A stretch of DNA of 64,000 bases from Macrostomum lignano (Eukaryota): assembly GCA_002269645.1 (NCBI GenBank), contig NIVC01000539.1:62001-126000 (forward strand), given 5' to 3'. The notes beneath the pieces are model-generated. The model was not told the DNA's origin. It worked only from the letters and a program-made list of their open reading frames with translations, and ran no database searches. Positions 49,601 through 60,168 of this stretch are shown here, piece by piece. Position numbers and translations under genes: made by a program. The first letter of the stretch is position 1. Every line of letters starts with the position of its first letter.

Positions 49601-51489
49601 CGAGACTGGTGGCAGATAAAATATTTTTAATTGGCTTGTGGGCAATGTACACTCTAGACTGGGGAATGCAGATATTGGCTTGTAGGCAATGTACACTCGA
49701 GACTCTGGAATGCAGATATTGGCTTGTGGGCAATGTACACTCTAGACTCTGGAATGCAGATATTGGCTTGTAGGCAATTTACACTCGAGACTGGTGGCAG
49801 ATAAAATATTTTTAATTGGCTTGTGGGCAATGTACACTCTAGACTGGGGAATGCAGATATTGGCTTGTAGGCAATGTACACTCGAGACTGGTGGCAGATA
49901 AAATAGTTTTAATTGGCTTGTGGGCAATGTACACTCTAGACTCTGGAATGCAGATATTGGCTTGTGGGCAATGTACACTCTAGACTGTGGAATGCAGATA
50001 TTGGCTTGTGGGCAATGTCCACTCTAGACTGTGGAATGCAGATATTGGCTTGTGGGCAATGTACACTCTAGACTGTGGAATGCAGATATTGGCTTGTGGG
50101 CAATGTCCACTCTAGACTGTGGAATGCAGATATTGGCTTGTGGGCAATGTCCACTCTAGACTGTGGAATGCAGATATTGGCTTGTGGGCAATGTACACTC
50201 TAGACTGTGGAATGCAGATATTGGCTTGTGGGCAATGTACACTCTAGACTGAAGTAGCAAATAATATTGTTTTTATAAGATGTTTGAGTGTTGTAAATAA
50301 CAGATGTCGTAATTTTAGGTAGGACTGCTGATTATAGTTGTTCAATATGATTTTAGGAGGTGCTTATTAAAAATTTCAAAAGGCTTCTAGTTTTTTAAAT
50401 AAATATTCTAATTGACTCGAAAATAATTGTTTCATTCTTTGAAAAATCACACACAAAGCTGAGCCACAAGAGTCGCTGTCGCAGTCGCTGCTGCCACCGC
50501 GTCAGAGCAGCTTCAAATTTCGTCGCACGGCAAGTCTGGGTAGGTGTTCTTATTAGAACATTTTTGCCACTTAAATTCTCTCGAGGCGGCGCCAAGCCCA
50601 CCTGGCAACAGACAGTCCTTGGGCGCTTTGATTTGTCCGCTTTCTCTGGTTTTTGCATTCATTGTCTAGAAATTTTGCATTAAAGTTTGGCTAAAAACTC
50701 ACTGATTTGAACGGAACAGTATAGCGAGATGTGCATGTTTTCGGGTGCAGTACAGTTTTTTTTTCAATATTACAATGCAATAATTTGATAACATACGTTT
50801 TATTAATAGTAATTATGTTTATTAACATACTAACTTATTTCCTATTGTGATTATCTATATCGCTTTTGCATGCGTATATTCAGACATGCTCCCGGCTTAC
50901 CTTTGCCTTTTAATGGGTTTAATTACGCACTAATTACAGTAATTTTTTTATTAAGTAGTATGTAAGGAACATTGACCCTATTTTGTAGTTTTTTCGCCAC
51001 AAATCAATTTAATTTCTAAATTAAATACGGCTGTGCCGCTTCTTACCTCTCTACTAAAAGTAGACCGTTTTGGTATTTTATTCTGTCCAATTTTTAATAA
51101 CGCGCGCGCAAATTAAAATGAAAATTTGCAGCCACCGCCAAACCTGCAGCTCAGGCGCGCAAAAAGATTCGAACCCGTGCCTCCACAATGGAAGCGGCCG
51201 ACAGGCCTAGCAGTGAACTGATTGGTTAGTCCTAATCCTGTTATGCCTCTTTGCTCCTGTCGGTTTTGTGTAGCAAGACTTTTATTTTAAGTGTCGCCTT
51301 TTACCGCCAGATGGCCTCTTAGCCTCGGCTGAAATCCAGTCTCCAGTTGATGGCGACTCGGCGGAGAGGCGAAACTCTCATCAGCATCAGCAGATGGAGC
51401 TGCGCGACCTGAATCAGGACAAGGGGCGGCGGGAGCGGCCTGAGCCGCCGCGGCAACAAAGCCCAGAGAGGGAGATTTCTGCAGAGTGA
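29077..51489 (+). CDS. PIP5K1: Phosphatidylinositol 4-phosphate 5-kinase type I, ~523 aa. Exons 29077-29128, 38356-38465, 38982-39112, 41277-41607, 42491-42651, 42733-42889, 43612-43644, 47615-47727, 47824-47956, 48505-48595, 50459-50539, 51311-51489
   Basis: Motifs [79 protein letters not shown] (activation-loop Glu of type I enzymes), DTVSVH. The junction chain is phase-consistent (1572 nt = 524 codons). The core exons are certain. The first exon (GCCGCCATG Kozak, donor 29129), the microexon, the 47615 acceptor and the last two exons are inferred from phase and splice signals only. Confidence 0.9.
30783..30962. mobile_element. MITE, hAT-type (180 bp)
   Basis: Perfect 16-bp TIR CAGTGGCGGATCCAGG / CCTGGATCCGCCACTG; 8-bp TSD GAATTTAG on both sides. 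Confidence 0.9.
31600..32520. repeat. Degenerate AAGCCTTGACATCTCAGCAAT satellite with a ~455-bp internal duplication and a (CCCTAA)5 tract at 31717-31750
   Basis: Blocks at 31800-31870 and 32257-32327 align; the unit is the reverse complement of the 10215-10523 unit. Confidence 0.8.
32715..33685. repeat. 23-24-bp minisatellite
   Basis: TTTACATGACGCTTCTATGATTG. Confidence 0.96.
33700..33805 (-). mobile_element. tRNA-like head (family C), copy 1
   Basis: Minus strand GAGAGCTAGCCTAGAGG...GGTTCGAAG (A and B boxes); homologous to 35285-35405. Confidence 0.6.
34085..35270. repeat. 24/48-bp minisatellite with ~335-360-bp higher-order structure
   Basis: GCAGTAATCCTTGGTTTATTAATA / GCAATAATCCTTGGCTTATCGAGT. 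Confidence 0.96.
35285..35405 (-). mobile_element. tRNA-like head (family C), copy 2
   Basis: Minus strand GAGAGCTAGCCTAGAGC...GGGTTCGAATCT. Confidence 0.6.
36243..36513. mobile_element. MITE, hAT-type (271 bp)
   Basis: 16-bp TIR CAGGGGCATAGCAAGG / CCTGGCTACGCCCCTG (2 mismatches); 8-bp TSD GATAGACC on both sides. Confidence 0.88.
38601..38889 (-). mobile_element. Family B SINE, diverged copy with internal deletions
   Basis: Shares head, body and most of the 3' part with 56482-56846. Confidence 0.85.
39140..40092. repeat. 21-22-bp minisatellite
   Basis: GGGGCGCCACTGTCTCTTGTT(A). Confidence 0.97.
40915..41226 (-). mobile_element. Family A CORE-SINE, full length
   Basis: Head GGCTGTAGCTTAGTGG (A box), degenerate B box GATTCGATTCT, CORE, 3' body and (ATT)n tail; ends ~50 nt before the PIP5K1 acceptor at 41276. 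Confidence 0.85.
41690..42390. repeat. Purine-rich 16-18-bp array
   Basis: GGGGAGTAGAGGGAACA. Confidence 0.95.
43038..43488. repeat. 33-bp minisatellite
   Basis: TGGATTCACAAATGCCTAATGCTTCCCAATCAC. Confidence 0.97.
44120..44400 (-). mobile_element. Family B SINE, copy lacking the 3' tail, with an adjacent partial duplicate
   Basis: Shares CACTCACATAGGAGTGTACAGCGGCCC...GGAAATCGAGCCTGGGCCGCTGG with the other copies. Confidence 0.8.
45053..46403 (+). repeat. Two ~290-bp direct repeats (45053-45341 and 46106-46403)
   Basis: CATTCGCCGGAGCATTGCTCTTGTCCGAG ... CTTCTCAAAGCTGGTGT present twice with scattered substitutions. Confidence 0.85.
45342..45790 (+). mobile_element. Probable degraded Gypsy LTR-retrotransposon pol 3' end
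   Basis: Peptides NYRAG...[19 protein letters not shown] and [19 protein letters not shown] resemble Gypsy integrase C-terminal segments, followed by a purine tract (45767-45785). By-eye similarity only. Confidence 0.45.
46822..47540. repeat. 29-bp minisatellite
   Basis: CACTGTCTGAGTACACTACTCACAGCCAC. Confidence 0.96.
49225..50250. repeat. Composite 44/50-bp minisatellite
   Basis: GGCAATGTACACTCTAGACTCTGGAATGCAGATATTGGCTTGTG and variants. Confidence 0.95.
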
Positions 51490-51614
51490 CAGGACAAATG
51501 CGAGTCAGCTGGTAAGTTGCCGATTTCAGCACGTACGGCTTATTTATTTATAACAGTTTGGAGTTTGAAGTCATAACTGGATCAGTCTGTCAAGGTCAAG
51601 GCTAGTGATGCAAA

Positions 51615-52012
51615 CTCAAATAACAGATCTGGTCAAGGTCTCAAGTGTGAGTCAAAGTCAACTAACATAAGTTCAAGGTCTCCAAGTGAGTCAAGGTCAA
51701 CTAACATAAGTTCAAGGTCTCCAAGTGAGTCAAGGTCAACTAACATAAGTTCAAGGTCTCAAGTGAGCCAAGGTCAAATAACAGATAAGGTCAAGGTCTC
51801 AAGTGAGCCAAGGTCAAATAACAGATAAGGTCAAGGTCTCAAGTGAGCCAAGGTCAAATAACAGATAAGGTCAAGGTCTCAAGTGAGTCAAGGTCAAATA
51901 ACAAATAAGGTCAAGGTCTCAAGTGAGTCAAGGTCAAATAACAGATAAGGTCAAGGTCTCCAGTGAGTCAAGGACAATTAACTGGTCAGGTCAAGGTCAA
52001 ATGAGTCAAGGT
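51615..52012. repeat. ~40-bp minisatellite
   Basis: CAAGGTCTCAAGTGAGCCAAGGTCAAATAACAGATAAGGT. Confidence 0.93.
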
Positions 52013-53239
52013 CACGGAAATTTTCAAGTTCAATGTTTTTTGTTAGCCAGCAGACAAGCTTTTAGGTGATTTCGTCAACTTCAAAGTCGCAGCATCGACC
52101 AATTTCCAGCCTCCGATCTTCATCAAGAAGCCGCCGTTGAGTGACAGGATCAGCGACGCCCGCGTGTTTCTCAGTCTGGCCTGGTGTCAGCGCCAAAATT
52201 AGAACAAATTTACACTTATACAGCCAATAGTTCGCGTTGATCAGCGCGAATTTTAATTGTTCTGCCAACAACGCGATGCAATTATTATTTATTCATTGTT
52301 TGTTTGATTATCTTTTTTCAGCTTGTATTTGTAACAAGGATTTTGCGCATTCTTGTCTTGCTGTTAATAACCTGTTAACAAAAACTTTTGCATTCGGGTT
52401 TCAATTAAGTTGTTATTCTTAAATTTTAGTTGGGTTTGATTATATTATTATTATAGTAAAGGTCGACGTACTGATTTTTAGCTCTAGACTAGATATACCT
52501 AATTGTTAGTTCATAGATCTAGATTAGATATCCCTAATTGGTTTTTATAGATCTAGATTAAATATACCTAATTGGTGGTTTATAGATCTAGATTAGATGT
52601 ACCTAATTAGTGGTTTATTTAGGTATCTGATAGCTATAGGTCAACGTATTAGATTAGATAGATCCTGAAGCCTGAACCCTGAACTCTAGCAGAATATAAA
52701 ATTAACTGTCAGTTCCTGTTAAAACCGGCTGCCAAAACCATCCCTCTGTAGTCCTTCTATCCAACGTTTTTTCACTGCACCTGTTAATCTTTCTCATCTC
52801 ATTTGAGAGGCAGGGAAAGGCCTAATAATAATTGAAGCAGAATGAAACTTAATCATTAATAATAAATTTCATATTTTTCAATAATCCAAATCCGGTAAAT
52901 TTTGCTTTCAATGCAGGTTGCAGATTGCTTATGTATATATATAGATTTCCGCCATATATCGCTGGATTCAAGGTATTTTTTCCTGACTATTCAATTGTTT
53001 GTTTCATTTCGCAGCTGCTCTGACGATTAAGCCTAAGAAGCTGATTTATAATAATTAATCAATTTGTTTTTTATGGTGGCCAAGAGATCCTTGGAAATTA
53101 GGTTGCTTCTCAACCTAATTGTACTTCAACTGGCTTCGCCATTAGCAGATCCACCGTGTTTTATAAGCAGAATTAATCTGGAAATTGATTGAATCTCGGA
53201 TTGGATCCTAATGATCCATTGTCTACTGTGAAGATTAGA

Positions 53240-54380
53240 TCGATCAAGCTATCTATCTAACATTAACATTAACCCTGTCTATCATGGAGATTAGATCAAT
53301 GTGCTGATTTACCGTGGAGATTAGATCAATCTGCTGATTTACCATGGAGATTAGATCAATCTGCTGATTTACCATGGAGATTAGATCAATCTGCTGATTT
53401 ACCATGGAGATTAGATCAATGTGCTGATCTGCCATTGAGATTATATCAATTTGCTGATCTGCCATTGAAATCAGATCAATCTGCTGATTTACCATGGAGA
53501 TTAGATCAATTTGCTGATCTGCCATTGAAATCAGATCAATCTGCTGATTTACCGTGGAGATTAGATCAATCTGCTGATTTACCATGGAGATTAGATCAAT
53601 CTGCTGATTTACCATGGAGATTAGATCAATCTGCTGATTTACCGTGGAGATTAGATCAATCTGCTGATTTACCATGGAGATTAGATCAATGTGCTGATCT
53701 GCCATTGAGATTATATCAATTTGCTGATCTGCCATTGAAATCAGATCAATCTGCTGATTTACCATGGAGATTAGATCAATGTGCTGATCTACCATGGAGA
53801 TTAGATCAATCTGCTGATCTGCCATGGAGATTAGATCAATCTGCTGATTTACCATGGAGATTAGATCAATCTGCTGATTTACCATGGAGATTAGATCAAT
53901 CTGCTGATTTACCGTTGAGATTAGATCAATGTGCTGATCTACCATGGAGATTAGATCAATCTGCTGATTTACCATGGAGATTAGATCAATCTGCTGATTT
54001 ACCATGGAGATTAGATCAATCTGCTGATTTACCATGGAGATTAGATCAATCTGCTGATTTACCATGGAGATTAGATCAATATACTGATTTACCATGGAGA
54101 TTAGATCAATCTGCTGATTTACCGTGGAGATTAGATCAATCTGCTGATTTACCGTGGAGATTAGATCAATCTGCTGATTTACCATGGAGATTAGATCAAT
54201 CTGCTGATTTACCATGGGGATTAGATCAATCTGCTGATTTACCATGGAGATTAGATCAATCTGCTGATTTACCATGGAGATTAGATCAATCTGCTGATTT
54301 ACCGTGGAGATTGGATCAATCTGCTCATTTACCGTGGAGATTGGATCAATCTGCTGATTTACCGTGGAGATTAGATCATT
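53240..54380. repeat. 30-bp minisatellite
   Basis: TTAGATCAATCTGCTGATTTACCATGGAGA. Confidence 0.97.
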
Positions 54381-55407
54381 TTCAGATCTAGTAAATGAAT
54401 CTATTGAATAGTAAGCCAATAACTAATTGGATTGTTCGCGCTATACGGAACAAGTATTTGTTATTATTATTAAACATAGGAAATTCGCATTCCTAATTTT
54501 GTTTTCTATCTGTTTTGCTGCACTTAATTATACGGCAGTTTATTCAGGTGGCCTAAACGAAGTTCAGAAATTTGTCAGGAGCCTATGTGCTTTTAAACTA
54601 CTAGTTTCAAATCAGTAGTATCGTCTTTGAAAGTTACAGTATTCCTGCACAGATGGCAGTTATTGTGGCGTTATTGTCTCTTAATAGTTTATCCAATATT
54701 AACCACTACTTTGCAGAAAATAGTAGCCATTTTCTTTACATGCTACTGAAAAAAATGTAGAGCTGGGAAATAGTGGGATATTTATTTATAGAAATCCACT
54801 CGGTTTCTGTCAGGAATGGCCCAGGCAACAGGGGGTTGAGCTTGTTAGTTAATTAATTTCAAAGTTCGCCATCAATTTCGGCCACAATTAGTCACGAATT
54901 TCTGCTCCGCTCTTGCAAATCACGATTTTGCTTATACTTTTGTAGTACCTAAATTTGATTGCACTGCGCCAGCGCTGTGTACAAGGCCGTAACTAGTCCA
55001 TTCCAGATGTTCTATCATTTTTTGTTAAATTGTTCAGCATCGATAAATTGAAGTGTAACACGAAAGCAATGAAAAAGTATTTTTTGGATGTAAATATTGT
55101 TGCCGTTTTTAATTAATATTATTATTTATGCACTAGCGGTAACTTTCAAGAAATCAGGTTCAGCTCTGTGAAAAATAAATATTAATAAATTTGTATTGAC
55201 CTGTTTTAATAATTAAATCCTTCTGATCTTTATCTACTGTCGGTTTTTTTCAAGACTTGAGATTTTCGGTTTACTACTTCATGGCATGACATTCTTGATG
55301 ACACCCTGGAAGCTTATAAATCCTCTATCTGTCACATTCTAAGGCCTGTGAGATTTCAAGGCATTAGATTCACTGCCTTTAATGATATTTCCTGGTATAT
55401 GTGATTC

Positions 55408-55885
55408 GTGAGATGAGATTCTTCGGTCTTGATTAGATTTCGTGAGATAAAGTTCTTCGGTCTCGATGAAATTTCGGGAGATGAGATTCTTCGGTTTTGG
55501 TGAGATTTCGTGAGACGAGATTCTTCGGTCTCGATGAAATTTCGTGAGATGAGATTCTTCGGTCTTGGTGAGATTTCGTGAGATAAGATTCTTCGGTCTT
55601 GGTGAGATTTCGTGAGATGAGATTCTTCGGTCTTGGTGAGATTTCGTGAGATGAGATTCTTCGGTCTCGATGAAATTTCGTGAGACGAGATTCTTCGGTC
55701 TTGGTGAGATTTCGTGAGATAAGATTCTTCGGTCTCGATGAAATTTCGTGAGATGAGATTCTTCGGTCTTGGTGAGATTTCGTGAGATAAGATTCTTCGG
55801 TCTCGATGAAATTTCGTTAGATAAGATTCTTCGGTCTCGATGAGATTTCGTGAGATAAGATTCCTCGGTCTCGATTAGATTTCGT
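55408..55885. repeat. 34-bp minisatellite
   Basis: GAGATTCTTCGGTCTTGGTGAGATTTCGTGAGAT. Confidence 0.95.
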
Positions 55886-56481
55886 GGTATTAGATCCTTT
55901 GAAGGCTACTGCTGTGCCACTGCGTGGGCGGTTCGTCAGAGCTTCAGAACTTGAGGAGCTTAGCGCGATATTCCCATGGTAGACTTTGTACTCAGTAAGT
56001 CCTACGGCTTCTTTTTGCAACAACATACGCTCCTATGATTGCTGGAGTTTATCCCGAGTAATAGGGCACGGACAGTTCTATGGGTCACTGGTCGGATCCG
56101 GCAGCAGCCCCGACAGTTCAATCAGCCTTGCGTCAGTCCATATATGCATTTATCGTGCCTACTGCGGAATCGCCTAATGGCAACTGTTGCTCAATCGTCT
56201 TTCAGCGCCTGTTGCTTCACTACACAACGGGCCGCGGGACAGATACATGTAAATCCGAAGTTTGCTTGACAATAGTGAAGTACATTTGTACTTATAAAGC
56301 TACAATTTCTTTTTCCTGGAACGAGGGGAGTAAGAAAAATAAAGTACCACCGATTTGGGGTAAATGGGCATTAGGAAATTGTGTTTTTTAAATTATGTCA
56401 ATTGATGGATTGATGAAGTGACAAAGGAACTAATTTTGGATAGAACAGTGGACTTACTAGTGAATTATTATTGTCTCTTGC

Positions 56482-56846
56482 TGTTTATTATTTATTAGAG
56501 GCAGGGGGGTTGTGTGCACCCTGGTGCACTTTAAGCGACATAGGCACACAACCGGCGAGAGGCATTACTGCCCATTCCGCCGACTCCCCTGAGCAGGCAT
56601 ACAAGCGCGCGGATACGTACGCAGGCACACACTCACACAGGAGTGTACAGCGGCTCTAGCTTTATTTATCGTTAGGCATGTACACTTCACTGCGCCTTGG
56701 GGGGTTGGCTCTCAAGGCCGTTAATTACACGAGCAGAGCCAAGCCGAGATTCCAATTCAGCCCTAAATTAATGTGACTGCACTTGGAATCGAGCCTGGGT
56801 CGCTGGCACACCAGAGCAGCTGCGCTACCGCTGGGCTACGGCCCCC
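56482..56846 (-). mobile_element. Family B SINE, full length, 11-bp TSD
   Basis: Reverse complement of 22935-23298 at high identity; TSD TTGTCTCTTGC at 56471-56481 and 56847-56857. Confidence 0.9.
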
Positions 56847-56871
56847 TTGTCTCTTGCAGAGGGTTGAGATT

Positions 56872-57165
56872 CTTATCTACCGACAGTCTCGTACCAACGG
56901 TTTAAGGTTCTCTACCGACAGTCTCCTACCAACGGTTTAAGGTTCTCTACCGACAGTCTCCTACCAACGGTTTAAGGTTCTCTACCGACAGTCTCCTACC
57001 AACGGTTTAAGGTTCTCTACCGACAGTCTCCTACCAACGGTTTAAGGTTCTCTACCGACAGTCTCCTACCAACGGTTTAAGGTTCTCTACCGACAGTCTC
57101 CTACCAACGGTTTAAGGTTCTCTACCGACAGTCTCCTACCAACGGTTTAAGGTTCTCTACCAACA
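56872..57165. repeat. 35-bp minisatellite, ~8 copies
   Basis: TTCTCTACCGACAGTCTCCTACCAACGGTTTAAGG. Confidence 0.96.
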
Positions 57166-58173
57166 GTCTTGTATGGTCTCGTATGCTCTAAATCTACAGC
57201 ATAATCTTATTTGGCGCTTACAGTACCTCTTATGAGCTTTGGTTTCTGAGTTTTTTGGTGGTAAAAATGTTTCGAAAGCGAGGGTCAGCCATGCAAAAAA
57301 GTTTTGCGTTAAAATTTTTCGAATTTCTTAATTGAAACGTTTTTTCCTTTTTTCGTGTGACAGCTGCGCACTTTAACAAACATAACCGGGCATCTGGGCA
57401 GACGCGACAGGCAAGAGGAGAACTAGCTCCCGTTTATTGTCACAATTCTTTCGAATTCTCGCCCACCGAAAAAGGGACGAAAAGCCAACTAACTGGCTGG
57501 CTGACATTGAGAGGGTGATTGAGAGTCTTCGAGCGACAGAAAATGCCGCCGCGCCTTTGACAAACGCAAACCCGGATAGCCCACTGTGCCACTGAGCCGG
57601 GCCTGCGTTTGGATAAGCGAAAGCAGCTGTTCCGCTTAGCGCAGGATTTTGGGAAGAAGATTCTCTTCAGACTGAAAGGGTGGACTGCCGGTCTACGGTT
57701 TCGGGTTCGGTCAGATCCAGAGATTTCGCGGCCCCGAACGGAGTAGGGAAGATGTGGGCCGATCGCCTTGTTGTCGGGGCGCAGGATGAGGCTGGAATTC
57801 TGGAACCCCATCACCCCCCTCCCTCCGCGCGCTCGCGTCAGGTCGCCAGCTGACGGCCGGCCGCGCCGCTGATGCAGCTGCAAATTTTGACAGGCGCGGG
57901 TGGCCACCTACGCTATACGCTAACGCTAAGTTGTTGTTTCGCTGGCTGCAGGCGCACACTTGTCTTGCCGGACTATCTCTAACTTGCCATCAGTGCTGCT
58001 TGGCAGCTGGCCCACAATCCCTATTGGTTGAGAGCGCCTTCGGCTAGTCTTAGCATCTTCTAAAACTGTAGCTGGCGATAGTTCTAGCCGGCTTGTCGCG
58101 CTGACATCCGAGTTGCCTTTCTCTTGCCTGCCTCCTGTGAGCAATTGGGACAGAGCTACAACTGGTAACCGGC

Positions 58174-58322
58174 ATGCACAACCTCATCAAGGAGGCCGTG
58201 CGATCGCAGCAGCGCGGAGGCGGAGACGACTCCTGCTGCGGCGACGACTCCTGCGAATCCGGCTCGGCTGGGACGCTGGGCGCGGCGGCTGCTTCTAATA
58301 ATGGCAGGAATCTATTTGAGGA
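58174..58322 (+). CDS. Probable first coding exon of an unidentified gene (MHNLIKEAVRSQQRGGGDDSCCGDDSCESGSAGTLGAAAASNNGRNLFE...)
   Basis: ATG with an upstream in-frame stop, GC3-rich codons, ends at a consensus donor GA|GTGAGT (58323), and lies within a CpG-rich region (~57400-58330). No homology recognised; downstream exons not found. Confidence 0.4.
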
Positions 58323-58614
58323 GTGAGTCGGTTTTATCTGGTTGCTAGGGCTGTGGCATTGCCTTTCCATAGACAGGCTTACGTGTGCTTAGAGATTTCA
58401 CTTGCCGGAAATTTTGTGTTCAAAGGGCGAGTTGAGTCTGCACTTATAAACCTCACATCGGCTTCAGAAGTTCTCATCAAAATTTTAAAAGGAAAACCTA
58501 AAGCACCCATGATGCAAGTTTCAATTATAAAAAATATTATGATTTCTTGGAACTTAATTATTCACACTTCTTTGTATCTGAAAATACACTTTTTTAAACC
58601 CTGCATTTCAGTTA

Positions 58615-59100
58615 CACCCTCCCTCGGATCCTTTAGTGAGTCGCCGCTACCCTCCCTCAGGTCCTTTAGCGAGCCGCCGCTACCCTCCCTCGGATCCTTT
58701 AGTGAGTCGCCGCTACCCTCCCTCAGGTCCTTTAGCGAGCCGCCGCTACCCTCCCTCGGATCCTTTAGTGAGTCGCTGCTACCCTCCCTCAGGTCCTTTA
58801 GCGAGCCAACGCTACCCTCCCTCAGGTCCATTAGCGAGCCACCGCTACCCTCCCTCAGGTCCATTAGCGAGCCACCGCTACCCTCCCTCAGGTCCTTTAG
58901 CGAGCCACCGCTACCCTCCCTCAGGTCCTTTAGCGAGCCACCGCTACCCTCCCTCAGGTCCTTTAGCGAGCCACCGCTACTCTCCCTCAGGTCCTTTAGC
59001 GAGCCACCGCTACTCTCCCTCAGGTCCTTTAGCGAGCCGCCGCTACCCTCCTCAGGTCCTTTAGCGAGCCACCGCTACCCTCCCTCAGGTCCTTTAGCCT
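58615..59100. repeat. 33-bp minisatellite
   Basis: CCCTCCCTCAGGTCCTTTAGCGAGCCACCGCTA. Confidence 0.96.
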
Positions 59101-59684
59101 TACCCTTGCCACATTCAAACAGATTATACGGCGTAATTCATATAAAACGATTGTCTATAAGTATGCTCCGGTCAGCTGACTTTCAACTCTGTCTAATCTA
59201 AATTTTATTACATGTATGCAAATGACGATACCGAAACACCGCATTGGTCCCAAAATTACGCCGAAATGTCACAAAAATCTTTTTTAAGGCTGTTTCCAGG
59301 ACGCAGGTAACAGTGCAGTACTGTTTTATTGTTTATGTCTAGGTTGTAAACCTTAAGCCGCAGTACTAATAGATCCCGGTGTGTTACATTAAGATTTCGA
59401 GCCGAGAGTGTATCTATCCAGTTTCCTAATTCCCATATTGTTGCTATCTGCATGCTAATCATGGCTAGAGAGGACCAAACATCGATATTAAATCTGCATT
59501 GATGGCACAGTCTGGACTGTGCTGTATTGAATTTCGGCGTTGTACCCTCAAGTAGGCGTCCTACTGTGTTGTGTCTCCTGTGCATGAGCTGTCCCTAAAG
59601 TTCCCGTTTAGCTTTCAGTAGCCATTTTGTTGTCGCTATAGATGTCACTCTGATGCTTCCATATTGATAAGCCACTGGTTCCTG

Positions 59685-60168
59685 ACTGTTGGCTGTCACA
59701 ATTCGACTGTCAGCGACTGTTGGCTGTCACAATTCAACTGTCAGCTGTCACAATTCGACTGTCAGCGACTGTTGGCTGTCACAATTCGACTGTCAGCGAC
59801 TTTTGACTGTCACAATTCGACTGACAGCTGTTACAATTCGACTGTCAGCGACTTTTGACTGTCACAATTCGACTGTCAGCGACTGTTGGCTGACACAATT
59901 CGACTGTCAGTGACTGTTGATTGTCACAATTCGACTGTCAGCGAATGTTTACTGCCGACGGTTTAGTATTAGGATTAGTGTTAGGGTTATTGTTGGGGTA
60001 TGTGTTAGGGTTATTGTTGGGGTATGTGTTAGGGTTATTGTTGGGGTATGTGTTAGGGTTATTGTTGGGGTATGTGTTAGGGTTATTTTTGGGGTATGTG
60101 TTAGGGTTATTGTTGGGGTATGTGTTAGGGTTATTTTTGGGGCATGTGTTAGGGTTATTGTTGGGGTA
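59685..60168. repeat. ~31-bp array (59685-59942) followed by a 24-bp TTAGGG-containing array (59978-60168)
   Basis: CTGTCACAATTCGACTGTCAGCGACTGTTGG; GTGTTAGGGTTATTGTTGGGGTAT. Confidence 0.93.

Noticed and set aside
53253-54419. 388-aa and 318-aa repeat ORFs
   Set aside because: They are translations of the 30-bp minisatellite on both strands.
56080-56391. WSDP-containing ORF and a 14-nt match to 6870-6884 (minus strand)
   Set aside because: No other phosphatase motifs or splice context; the short match may be chance.
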